This document shows, piece by piece, positions 1 through 8,599 of a DNA stretch of 32,000 bases. A program made the translations under genes and the position numbers. Position 1 is the first letter of the stretch. The number at the start of each line of letters is the position of its first letter. The notes under the pieces are model-generated. The model searched no databases, had not been told where the DNA came from, and saw only the letters and a list, made by a program, of their open reading frames with translations. Source of the stretch: an uncultured archaeon. Its GTDB lineage: Archaea > Asgardarchaeota > Thorarchaeia > Thorarchaeales > CAZPUN01. The stretch spans positions 4,102-36,101 of the forward strand of contig CAZPUN010000050.1 of the NCBI GenBank assembly GCA_964589775.1, read 5' to 3'.

Positions 1-2
1 AC

Positions 3-239
3 AACGTCTTCTTAACAACCACCTGTACTGCTAACGGATATGGTTATGACGACTCAACGCATCACAATGGTGCATGGACATACTGGTTCCTCGAAGCTGG
101 TTTGATTAACCACTTCCACAGTGATCCAAACACATCAATGGAAGATGCCTATGCATGGGCTGTATCACAATATCCATACAGTGGTGGAGACACCCCACAG
201 AAATTCGACGGCGATACAAGTTCATTCTTCTACCTATAA
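3..239 (+). CDS. 3' end of a probable caspase-like (clan CD, C13/C14-type) peptidase, truncated by window start
   Basis: Frame +3 is open from base 3 to TAA 237-239: NVFLTTTCTANGYGYDDSTHHNGAWTYWFLEAGL...PQKFDGDTSSFFYL. This resembles the C-terminal 'xxtac...NGxFTyyfl.gL...PQ' part of metacaspase-like proteins. The catalytic dyad lies outside the window. Confidence 0.5.
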   Translation, partial: NVFLTTTCTANGYGYDDSTHHNGAWTYWFLEAGLINHFHSDPNTSMEDAYAWAVSQYPYSGGDTPQKFDGDTSSFFYL

Positions 240-258
240 GATGAGTGAGTCCTTCACT

Positions 259-276
259 CCTTTTTTTTATTTTTTA
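259..276 (+). terminator. Oligo-T tract, archaeal-type terminator
   Basis: CCTTTTTTTTATTTTTT about 20 nt after the stop codon at 239. Confidence 0.5.
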
Positions 277-330
277 ATATTCGTTTGTCAGGCAATTTGA
301 ATTATTAACTCATTTTCAAAAATAGAGATT

Positions 331-406
331 TGGAGCCGACGAGGGGAGTTGAACCCCTATATAAACGGTCTGCAGCCGTTCGCGTCAGCCGTTCCGCCAC
401 GTCGGC
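331..406 (-). tRNA. tRNA-Cys(GCA), intron-less, CCA encoded
   Basis: Reverse complement folds as a 76-nt cloverleaf: acceptor GCCGACG/CGTCGGC, anticodon arm AACGG-CT GCA GA-CCGTT, T arm AGGGG-TTCAACT-CCCCT, discriminator U73 (Cys identity element), then CCA. Confidence 0.97.
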
Positions 407-583
407 ACTTGAAACAAGAAGATATACAAATCAAATATAAATGTTAATATATATGTATTTTACGATTATGCTTAAATTATATTTTATATATATTTTATGT
501 GTGGTTAAAAAATAAAAACTCTTAAGAGTAAGTATATATGATTTAATAATTGGAATAAATCCCGCGTGATAGGGGGCTTACAC

Positions 584-2500
584 TTGATTCATAATGTTTT
601 CATCATCGATATGAACGAAAGAAAAGTAGTGGCACACGATCAATTCTGGAAGATTTATATTTCAGAGCCACAAATAGAAGAGTTTATTGACGGATATTAC
701 GACCTGATAAGTAGTGGAATTGCAGAAGGAACTCCGATACATGTAGGCCCTCACGTGTTATATTACTCTCGGATCACTGATGAATTGATGCTTGTTTTCG
801 CCACTGATGGTAAAGATGAAGAGCGTGTTATAAAATTCAAAGTTCGAGAAGGCGCTTCACGTCTCGCAACTGCTCTAAAGGGCAATCAATTTCAATACAT
901 ACGGGATAATCTTTCAGATATTTTAGGCGAATTGATTATCACCCGATTCAAGTTTTCATTTGTCGGTCTTGGTGGTGTTGGAAAAAGTACTCTATTGCGA
1001 TTACTATTTGGTAAGGAGCCTGCACCCGGTGGTTATGTTCCGACAATTAATGTTGCTGTAGATGCTACCGAAACAATTCGATTTGGTACTTATGATTGTG
1101 TCATTTGGGATTTTGGAGGACAGGAAATATTTCATGACCTATGGCAATTTTACTTCCAGGGCACGGATATTATATTTCTTGTGAGCGACTCGTCATTTCG
1201 AAATGTAATGCAGACAAAAACTCTGTTAAGAAACATACGCCGTCAGGCTCCGGCAGTCCCAATTTACATAATTGCAAACAAGCAAGACCTACCTGAAAGT
1301 ATGAAGCCAGAGAGCATTCAGAGATTGCTTGGTGTTCCAACATTTCCTATGGTTGCTACAGATAAATCGCGTAGGGAAGAATTTATTCGTCTAATGCTTG
1401 AAGTGGCTACAAAAAGTGCTGGTGTTACCCTGCCCGACCGTCCGATAAGTGACCTCATTGTTGTTCGTAGAAAGACGGAACTTGAAAGTGAAAAACAAAC
1501 AGAGCCTGAAAAGAAAGTCCAAACAATGGAGGAATTTTGGGAAGATACTGAAACGACAACAGAGCCGAAACCTGCTGAGCCTGAAGAGGCGGAAATTTCT
1601 GAAGAAGAGGAGGAACTTCCTGAAGTTTATGAAAAACCCGTTGAAAAGCCAAAAGCACCAGTTGTTAAGTCTATTGCACCCCCTAAGATCTACCGTATAA
1701 TTGTATTTCATAAAGCTACTGGTGAGCTCATTCTCTCCTTAGATTATGACTTTTCTGTTGATATTGAAAACACTACTTTGATTGGAATGGTACTTGCTGC
1801 TGAGCATTTCGGACGTGACATGCATTCTCAGTCTGATGAACCAGTGAAAGCCATCAAACGAAAAGATGATGTGGTTATCGTTGGTATTGGCGAACATATC
1901 GCAATGGCGATTCTAGCTGCCAAAGGAATTGATGAAAAATCACTTAGCACCAAAATTATAGAACTTGTTAAAGAGTTTGAAGATATATATCAATTTGATT
2001 TGAACCCTTGGGATGGCAATACTTCGAAATTCGGCATGTTCTCAATTAATATAGTACAACAGTTCCCAATGAAGAAAATCGCATTGGATCAGATTCCGAG
2101 ACGTAGAGCTGTGGGGCGTCCATTACCTATTGCGGATCAAATTTTCGGACGCAAGATTGTTGAAGTACAAATGGCTATTGACGGCAAGAAAAAGGTTTCC
2201 GACATTGCGAAAGAGTTAGAAATCACTAAGGAAGAACTTTTGGCGTCTCTGCAAATTCTCTATAATTACAATTGGATCGATCTTAAGAGTGTAATTAATG
2301 AAAATACGAGATTGAAGAAGATCAAGGATCCAGACCCTGAACTTATTGAATTTTATGGCGATATTATTCTCAAATTTGTAAATCTATGTGATGGTAATAA
2401 ACCCCTGAAGCAGATTGTAAATATGATTGGCATGAGTCATAGTGCTATGAGCTTTGTTGCTCAGAAATTAGTTGTAGATGGCGTTCTAGAAATAATTTAA
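584..2500 (+). CDS. Multidomain protein: longin + Arf-like small GTPase + acidic linker + longin + tandem winged-helix (NPRL2-like C-terminal half)
   Basis: G1 GLGGVGKS, G2 YVPT, G3 WDFGGQ, Arf-like LWQFYFQGT, G4 ANKQDLP. TTG at 584 after AGGGGG gives the longin-type start MIHNVFIID (ORF track starts at 566). Second longin IYRIIVFHKATGELIL...WDGNTSKF; C-terminal IDGKKKVSDIA and CDGNKPLKQIV wHTH units. Confidence 0.85.
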   Translation: MIHNVFIIDMNERKVVAHDQFWKIYISEPQIEEFIDGYYDLISSGIAEGTPIHVGPHVLYYSRITDELMLVFATDGKDEERVIKFKVREGASRLATALKGNQFQYIRDNLSDILGELIITRFKFSFVGLGGVGKSTLLRLLFGKEPAPGGYVPTINVAVDATETIRFGTYDCVIWDFGGQEIFHDLWQFYFQGTDIIFLVSDSSFRNVMQTKTLLRNIRRQAPAVPIYIIANKQDLPESMKPESIQRLLGVPTFPMVATDKSRREEFIRLMLEVATKSAGVTLPDRPISDLIVVRRKTELESEKQTEPEKKVQTMEEFWEDTETTTEPKPAEPEEAEISEEEEELPEVYEKPVEKPKAPVVKSIAPPKIYRIIVFHKATGELILSLDYDFSVDIENTTLIGMVLAAEHFGRDMHSQSDEPVKAIKRKDDVVIVGIGEHIAMAILAAKGIDEKSLSTKIIELVKEFEDIYQFDLNPWDGNTSKFGMFSINIVQQFPMKKIALDQIPRRRAVGRPLPIADQIFGRKIVEVQMAIDGKKKVSDIAKELEITKEELLASLQILYNYNWIDLKSVINENTRLKKIKDPDPELIEFYGDIILKFVNLCDGNKPLKQIVNMIGMSHSAMSFVAQKLVVDGVLEII

Positions 2501-2588
2501 TTGCATATTTTTACTTTTTTTCTTTTATTCGAAGAGTTAATAAGAGTATTTTACATATTTTACTTGATAGGTGTTGCGAGGTATGAAT

Positions 2589-3125
2589 ATGGTCGATAAA
2601 CGATACAAAATCATATTAGTCTCCAATGAGCCTGAGGTTTGGAGTAACTTTCTCAACCAGACCTGCCAGTATATAGCAGACAAGCTCACTAATGAAATGG
2701 AACGCGGTAGCGTAGATATAATTCCAATTCCTCCAGAATATCTATCCATAACGGGATTGACAAAATCAAAATTTGCAGAAAAATATCGTGAAGTTTTTGA
2801 TGATGACACTATTCTTGTAATTCCCGTATCTAAAACGAACTACCTTGAGATGATGGACCTTCGGCTTAAAATTGCGTCTTTGGATTCTATAATGCGCAGG
2901 AAGATAAAATCTCTTGTCATAATTAATTCTACGGAAGGTAAAATCACACGTGAAGATCTTATGAATTATAAGACATTGGCAGGTTCAACTCTTGGAATTT
3001 TAATTACCAATCCATATCGCATGGAAAACGCAAAATATGTTGCTGATGAACTATATAATTTCATTCACAAGGGTGCGGTTCCGGAAAACATTCTGGTGGA
3101 TTACAGACTCCGATTCTTTAAATAA
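2589..3125 (+). CDS. Hypothetical protein, probable degenerate Ras/Rab-fold (pseudo-GTPase)
   Basis: About 178 aa from ATG 2589 after GAGGT (ORF track starts at 2571). The strand/helix pattern tracks small GTPases (YKIILV...ILVIPVSKTN...SLVIINS...ITRED...ILITN...ENAKYVADEL), but no G motif is intact. Confidence 0.6.
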   Translation: MVDKRYKIILVSNEPEVWSNFLNQTCQYIADKLTNEMERGSVDIIPIPPEYLSITGLTKSKFAEKYREVFDDDTILVIPVSKTNYLEMMDLRLKIASLDSIMRRKIKSLVIINSTEGKITREDLMNYKTLAGSTLGILITNPYRMENAKYVADELYNFIHKGAVPENILVDYRLRFFK

Positions 3126-3186
3126 TGGGCTTCATTGGAGACGTATGTGGAAGAAAATATTGAAGAATGTATCATCTTAGTTGGGA

Positions 3187-5325
3187 TTATAAATCAAATT
3201 TTAGCCTCGTTCCGAATTCTGGAATTAGAACATCGTCTGGTGCTGAAGTTGCTGGCGTATGTACCATTACCTTTTTCCCTTTTAATTGGCTGACGAATTT
3301 TTCCAGTTTTGATGCTGATGAATGTGCGCTTAATCTTGCATAGAAGACACGAGGTGTTGTCTCGACTAATCCCTTGTGTATCCAATATCCGTATGTTCCT
3401 CTAGCAAGAAAGCCCGTGAATACTATTGCTGCTTCTTCATGTTCTTTATAATACTCAAATTGTTTGCGTGCCTCTCCTCCTTCTAACATGCCGCCTCCAG
3501 ACACAAGAATATCATCCTTTTTCAGTTCTTTTTCAGTTCTCAAAAGACCTCTGAATTTTCCTGAAACACCACTCATTTTTGTTATGCTTAATGCCATTCC
3601 GGATAGCAATACATTTCGTTCTCGTGAGATGCCGTACTGGTCTAACATCATTACGATCTCTTGTGCTCTTCCGAGTGCAAATGCAGGTATTATGACCGGT
3701 CCATAATTTTGTACGGCTTCTTTAATTACACTGACGGCTTGAAGTCTATCGAAATCTTCGCGTCCCCAATAAGTTCCATCGAAAATTGTAACATCTGCAT
3801 CTGTTGGCAATATTGCGCCTTCATACAAGAATGTATTATCTAAGTTAAAATCGCCCGTGTATAGTATTTTAAAGCCTTCAATATCAATTTCATAGGCAGC
3901 TGAGCCCGGTACATGCTTCGCATCAATAGGCCTTACGGTGACTCCCGGCGATACGATATATTCCTTGTCATATTCTAAAGATACGTATTTACGCTCTAAT
4001 TTATCAATATTCTTTGCTTTTATATTGTGTACTGGATCATCAATATCCTTTTTACGTTTGGCAGGAATTTGCGATACCTTCAAAGAATCGCGAAGCAACA
4101 TTTTTGAAATTACACCTGTAGGTCCAACACCCATCCATTTCTGGTCATAATATTCAAAGAGCGCTGGGAGTCCTCCAACATGATCAATATGTGCATGAGT
4201 TATCAGTATCGCATCCAAATTTTCAAGGTCCGGAGCCCATTTTGGAATCGATAGATGTGCGACTGAAAAACCGTAATCCAGTAATATAGCTCCATAATCC
4301 GTTTTAATCAAGATTCCGCTTCTTCCAATTCGCGGGCCGCCTAAGAATTCGATCTCAATATGTCTTATTTTTCCACTATATGCTAATGCAGGCATAACGC
4401 CCTTCAGTATTGGCTCAGGAACCTTACTGAAAACCTCATATGATAATGGTTCAATTTCTGGAGGATTTTCAAGTTTGTAGAGTCTAATCGGATACGGTAA
4501 ATTATTCTTTGATATTAATCCATATTCCTCATATTTTTTTGAGACCTTATCAAAAGCTTCTTCGAGTGTGAATTTTCCATTACTTTCAATTGAGCTATAG
4601 GCTTTATTTTCAAAATATTTGTAGGATATATGAACGATTCTTCTTGAAGTTTCTTTCACTTTATTATAAATGTAGTTAAATTTCATCTCGGAAAAAATTT
4701 CATCAAGGAATTCCCCTCGTCTGTTAATCAGATCTTTCAATCTAAACGTATCTGATTGGTATAGTATTTCACCATCAATATTGAATTTCTTGAGTACGTC
4801 AATGATATCTTTCTCTTGCATTATGGGGGTGCCTAAGAATGTCGTATATTCCCAGATCTTATTGACGAAATCTTCTGTTTCTTTCCAATCGTCAAAAAGA
4901 CCCAGCCATACAATATCTCGATTGATTTTTTTAATAGTTGCTTTACCTTTATGACCTGCCTTATATAGATTAATAATTACAATTCTAAAATCATCAATTG
5001 TTGATTTCTTAAGAAATATTAGATATGCCATTAAGTTCAGTACGTCTTTAACATATTCTTGTTTAATTTTACGTTTAAAGAGGAGCCTTTTTAATACATC
5101 TATGAGTTCAGTTCCCTCTTCATCATCAATTTCAAAAAGTGGAAATTCTCCAATCGGCTTTATTTGTAGAGCAAAATTAAATAATTTCTCGCCATTTGGG
5201 AACTGTTTTATTATGTTCATAAAAGTCTCGTCATTCGTAGCGTCATCGGGATTCAAATTTTTCAAGTGTTGATGGATATCACTCAATTTTCTCAGTTGCG
5301 GCTCGCTCATATTTTTCAACCACAT
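3187..5325 (-). CDS. Metallo-beta-lactamase / beta-CASP ribonuclease with long N-terminal extension
   Basis: LGG..IGRS, LLDYG, THAHIDH, HVPGS, YTGDF, DGTYW, PAFALGRAQE, SAH and VH motifs in the C-terminal ~390 aa. Alternative start at ATG 5310. Confidence 0.9.
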   Translation of the reverse strand: MWLKNMSEPQLRKLSDIHQHLKNLNPDDATNDETFMNIIKQFPNGEKLFNFALQIKPIGEFPLFEIDDEEGTELIDVLKRLLFKRKIKQEYVKDVLNLMAYLIFLKKSTIDDFRIVIINLYKAGHKGKATIKKINRDIVWLGLFDDWKETEDFVNKIWEYTTFLGTPIMQEKDIIDVLKKFNIDGEILYQSDTFRLKDLINRRGEFLDEIFSEMKFNYIYNKVKETSRRIVHISYKYFENKAYSSIESNGKFTLEEAFDKVSKKYEEYGLISKNNLPYPIRLYKLENPPEIEPLSYEVFSKVPEPILKGVMPALAYSGKIRHIEIEFLGGPRIGRSGILIKTDYGAILLDYGFSVAHLSIPKWAPDLENLDAILITHAHIDHVGGLPALFEYYDQKWMGVGPTGVISKMLLRDSLKVSQIPAKRKKDIDDPVHNIKAKNIDKLERKYVSLEYDKEYIVSPGVTVRPIDAKHVPGSAAYEIDIEGFKILYTGDFNLDNTFLYEGAILPTDADVTIFDGTYWGREDFDRLQAVSVIKEAVQNYGPVIIPAFALGRAQEIVMMLDQYGISRERNVLLSGMALSITKMSGVSGKFRGLLRTEKELKKDDILVSGGGMLEGGEARKQFEYYKEHEEAAIVFTGFLARGTYGYWIHKGLVETTPRVFYARLSAHSSASKLEKFVSQLKGKKVMVHTPATSAPDDVLIPEFGTRLKFDL

Positions 5326-5338
5326 TTTATTGTCTATT

Positions 5339-6388
5339 TCACTTTTTAATGCTATATATGCTAAACCTGCTATCTCTAAGCATTGTGCGTTTCGTAATTA
5401 GTCCTTGTTCCAGTAATAAAGATAATGCATATCGGACTGTACGCGGCGGTAATTTGCTTTCCTCAATCAATTCTCTTTGAGTTAATTTGCCCTCATACTC
5501 TAAGATTTTCAAAATTAACTTCGCACTTGGTGGAATATCCGTGGCAATATCAAATAAATCTATTTTTTGCTTGAGTTTGTCCTGAATTTCCGCAAGACTA
5601 CTCTTACTGAAAGTAATAAATTCTACAGGATTATCTGATTTCCAGATTTGGATCTCATTTGAGTTTAAGGACACGCGCTTCTGTCCATCAAGAACTACAG
5701 AAATTCCAGATGAGGACTCGATTTCGGTTATTTTTATTTTTGATTCATCTGGTACAATTAGTGCTCTGCGTGATAGATTTATTGAATTTACCGGTGTAAT
5801 TCCGAAAACTGCTGAATTTGTACCAATGATTGGTCCTCCTGCCGATAGTGAATAGCCTGTAGAACCCGTAGGCGTTGTCACTATTACACCATCTGCGCCA
5901 TCTCGCCACATGCGTTCATCATTAATAATCAGCGTATAGCGGATTAATGTAGCACTCTTTTTCGAAAAAATCGTTAAGTCATTAAGTAATGGTGGACACT
6001 TTGACCCATTAATAACGCATTGCAATCGTGTTCTTTTTTCTATGGACCATTTCCTTTCGCTAATTAGTTTTGAAATTGTCTCTAATTCTGCAATATTTAT
6101 TTCACTTAAGAAGCCCGCTTCATTGATTGGAGAAACTGGCAGAATTTTGATTTTCTCGTCAGGTCTGCTGAGTAAGAAATTTAGAATGAACTTATCGTTG
6201 CCGATTAAAATATACATGTCCGCTTTAATTTCGTCATTTGGTAATCCTTTCTCATTTACTTTATCAGCCGCACATTTGTTTAATATGACCTCTACTCCTT
6301 CCTCTTCCAGGGCAAGCACGGCTTCTTTTAGTGGTTCAGCGCATTTGGCTTCCGATTGTGTAAGAATTCCGACCTTCAAGAGAGCCAC
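5339..6388 (-). CDS. NAD kinase-fold protein fused to C-terminal MarR-like winged HTH
   Basis: GFL, LND and DGVIVTTPTGSTGYSLSAGGP motifs present; GGDG(T) replaced by GNDKF. C-terminal PPSAKLILKILEYEGKLTQRELIEESKLPPRTVRYALSLL...RDSR..IY is a wHTH. Confidence 0.88.
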   Translation of the reverse strand: MALLKVGILTQSEAKCAEPLKEAVLALEEEGVEVILNKCAADKVNEKGLPNDEIKADMYILIGNDKFILNFLLSRPDEKIKILPVSPINEAGFLSEINIAELETISKLISERKWSIEKRTRLQCVINGSKCPPLLNDLTIFSKKSATLIRYTLIINDERMWRDGADGVIVTTPTGSTGYSLSAGGPIIGTNSAVFGITPVNSINLSRRALIVPDESKIKITEIESSSGISVVLDGQKRVSLNSNEIQIWKSDNPVEFITFSKSSLAEIQDKLKQKIDLFDIATDIPPSAKLILKILEYEGKLTQRELIEESKLPPRTVRYALSLLLEQGLITKRTMLRDSRFSIYSIKK

Positions 6389-6450
6389 CTTTCTTTAATA
6401 ACTTGATGCAAACTCATTCTTTAATATTTCGGAGTTTTTCCAATATATTT

Positions 6451-6467
6451 GAGGTAAAAATTGCCTC
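6451..6467. promoter_or_regulatory. Inverted repeat GAGGTAA-AAA-TTGCCTC, candidate operator between divergent NADK-HTH and nadA
   Basis: 7-bp arms with 1 mismatch, near the centre of the 146-bp divergent intergenic region. Confidence 0.4.
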
Positions 6468-6534
6468 TTTTTTAATGTTTTTGCTCTCCTTGCCAATTGA
6501 GTCTTTCTTAAAAAGGAACAAATAAAATTAACAT

Positions 6535-7497
6535 ATGGGACTGAAAATGACTTTATCTGAGTTACAACGAGAAATAATCGAGCTAAAGAAGAAAAGAAAC
6601 GCTCTTATACTTGCGCATTCGTACCAACCAATTGAGATTCAGCAAATTGCAGATCTTGTAGATGATAGTCTAGCACTTGCACGAGCTGCCGAGCGAGATA
6701 CATCACATGATATGATCTTACTTGCCGGTGTCGATTTCATGGCTGAAGGCGCTGCAATTCTGAATCCACAAATCCCTGTATATGTTCCGGAACCCAATGC
6801 TGGATGTGTCTTAGCCAAGTTTGGAGATGTCGAATCAATTTTACAAGCAAAGGCTGAGCATCCAGATGCTCCTGTCGTTCTTTATGTAAATACTACGGCA
6901 GAAGCAAAAGCTCATGCGGATATTATTTGTACTTCTCGAAATGCTGTAGATGTTGTTAGAAGCTTAAATAGTGATATTGTCTTGTTTGGACCTGATGTAA
7001 ATCTTGCTGAGTTCGTAAGGCGTCAAGTTCCTGAAATTGAGATCATTGATATAAATCCAATTGGTCATTGTTCTGTGCATCAATTTATTTCTGTAGATGA
7101 TATATTGCGGCATAAGAAAGCGTATCCTGAGGCCGAAGTGATAGTACATCCCGAATGCCCACCTAAAGTTCAAGATATTGCTGATTATGTTGCCTCAACA
7201 AGTCTGATGATCGAACGAGTGAAAAACTCTGATAAGAATGTATTTATAATCGGCACAGAAATCGGACTCGTGGAACGGCTTCAGCTTGAAAATCCCGATA
7301 AACTAATTATAGCTGCTAAGAGTAATGCTATTTGTGTAAATATGAAGAAGAACACCCTTGAGAAGATATTATTTGTGCTCAAAGAGCTACCCGAAAGTCA
7401 TCGCGTAAGCGTTCCTGAGGCTATTGCTGAAAAGGCACTTCAGGCATTAAAACGCATGACGCAAATATATACGCATGTTTCAGTTAAAACAAAATAA
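6535..7497 (+). CDS. nadA: Quinolinate synthase A
   Basis: LAHSYQ, DSLAL, GVDFMAE, YVNT, HPEC, GTEIG motifs and three [4Fe-4S] cysteines (AGC, GHCSVH, AICVNMK). Alternative start at 6547. Confidence 0.96.
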   Translation: MGLKMTLSELQREIIELKKKRNALILAHSYQPIEIQQIADLVDDSLALARAAERDTSHDMILLAGVDFMAEGAAILNPQIPVYVPEPNAGCVLAKFGDVESILQAKAEHPDAPVVLYVNTTAEAKAHADIICTSRNAVDVVRSLNSDIVLFGPDVNLAEFVRRQVPEIEIIDINPIGHCSVHQFISVDDILRHKKAYPEAEVIVHPECPPKVQDIADYVASTSLMIERVKNSDKNVFIIGTEIGLVERLQLENPDKLIIAAKSNAICVNMKKNTLEKILFVLKELPESHRVSVPEAIAEKALQALKRMTQIYTHVSVKTK

Positions 7498-7563
7498 TTT
7501 TTTCTCTTTTTTTATGATACATTAATAAATAAGAAATTACATTTATTTTAACGGGTATGGGCA

Positions 7564-8538
7564 TTGACTGAAAAATTTCAAGAGTTAGTTGAAAAAATTG
7601 AAGTATTTCTCTTTAGAAACGATGGAGTCTGCATATTATCGAAAACCAAAAGGTCTCCAGAATTATTTACGAGCATGCTAGCTGCAATTGAAGCCTTTAC
7701 ACATACGGTCTCCGGTCTCGGTGCTGAAGAAGTAACTATGGGTGATAATAGAATTAATTACTCAAGAAATGGAGATATCGTCTGTGCTGTAATAACGCCT
7801 GAGTCTTTTGATCCGCACATTGGGAACGCAATCTCAAAATCTATCGCTGATATTTTTGTTTCAAAATATGGCTCATATCTTGCATTTTGGAAAGGCAATC
7901 TGGATGATTTTAGCGATTTTTCAACCGAGATCGATGATATAATCCATTCTGTTCTTTCTTCGTTTGGTGAGAAAATTGTATCTTCCCACATAGTATCAGT
8001 TCATGAACTTATACGAATGTATGGTGAAGACGTTTCACAAATTCTCTATAGTATTATCATGAATATTCCTATTGTTATTTATGGTGATCGTAAGAAAGTA
8101 GAAGGAATAATTAATCAACTTTCCAACTTTTTCATAAAGGATGCGCCCAACCTATCATGGGTAGAACCTGAACTGGTAAATGAGCTCATAAAATCTCATG
8201 ATTTCGTAATTATTGGTAGCTCAGTTCCACCCACCGATACTACAAATGTCTTGATTCTATCTACTAATAAAGTTGAAAATAAATTAACTGAAAATAAATA
8301 TCTCCAAAAAATTGCGAATGTGTTATTAGAGAATTTAGATGATTGGAATGATGAAGAGGCTCACAATTTTCTGTCTATGAAAAAGGCTGAATTCTTTAAA
8401 TGTGTGGAACTAGCCGAAGAATTAATTAGCAAATACAATTTTTCTGTTGAAGAGTTAAGCAAAATTCTTGAAATCTCGGAAGATATGTTGTTCCTTGTTT
8501 ATGCAGTAGCAAAACGAAATATTGAATCTTCGCAATAA
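7564..8538 (+). CDS. Longin + DENN-like domain protein
   Basis: N-terminal longin (VFLFRNDGVCI...LFTSMLAAIEAF...WKGNLDDFSDF), then a cDENN-like pattern (ILYSIIMNIPIVIYG...IINQLSNFF...FVIIG...VLIL) and a helical tail. Confidence 0.65.
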   Translation: MTEKFQELVEKIEVFLFRNDGVCILSKTKRSPELFTSMLAAIEAFTHTVSGLGAEEVTMGDNRINYSRNGDIVCAVITPESFDPHIGNAISKSIADIFVSKYGSYLAFWKGNLDDFSDFSTEIDDIIHSVLSSFGEKIVSSHIVSVHELIRMYGEDVSQILYSIIMNIPIVIYGDRKKVEGIINQLSNFFIKDAPNLSWVEPELVNELIKSHDFVIIGSSVPPTDTTNVLILSTNKVENKLTENKYLQKIANVLLENLDDWNDEEAHNFLSMKKAEFFKCVELAEELISKYNFSVEELSKILEISEDMLFLVYAVAKRNIESSQ

Positions 8539-8599
8539 TTGCAATCACATATAAATAATAAAATGCAAATGAGTTCTTAGTTTATGTAGGTGTAGTGAA

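Noticed and set aside
331-406. tRNA as an integration site for a mobile element
   Set aside because: No duplicated tRNA 3' end or integrase noticed in the window.
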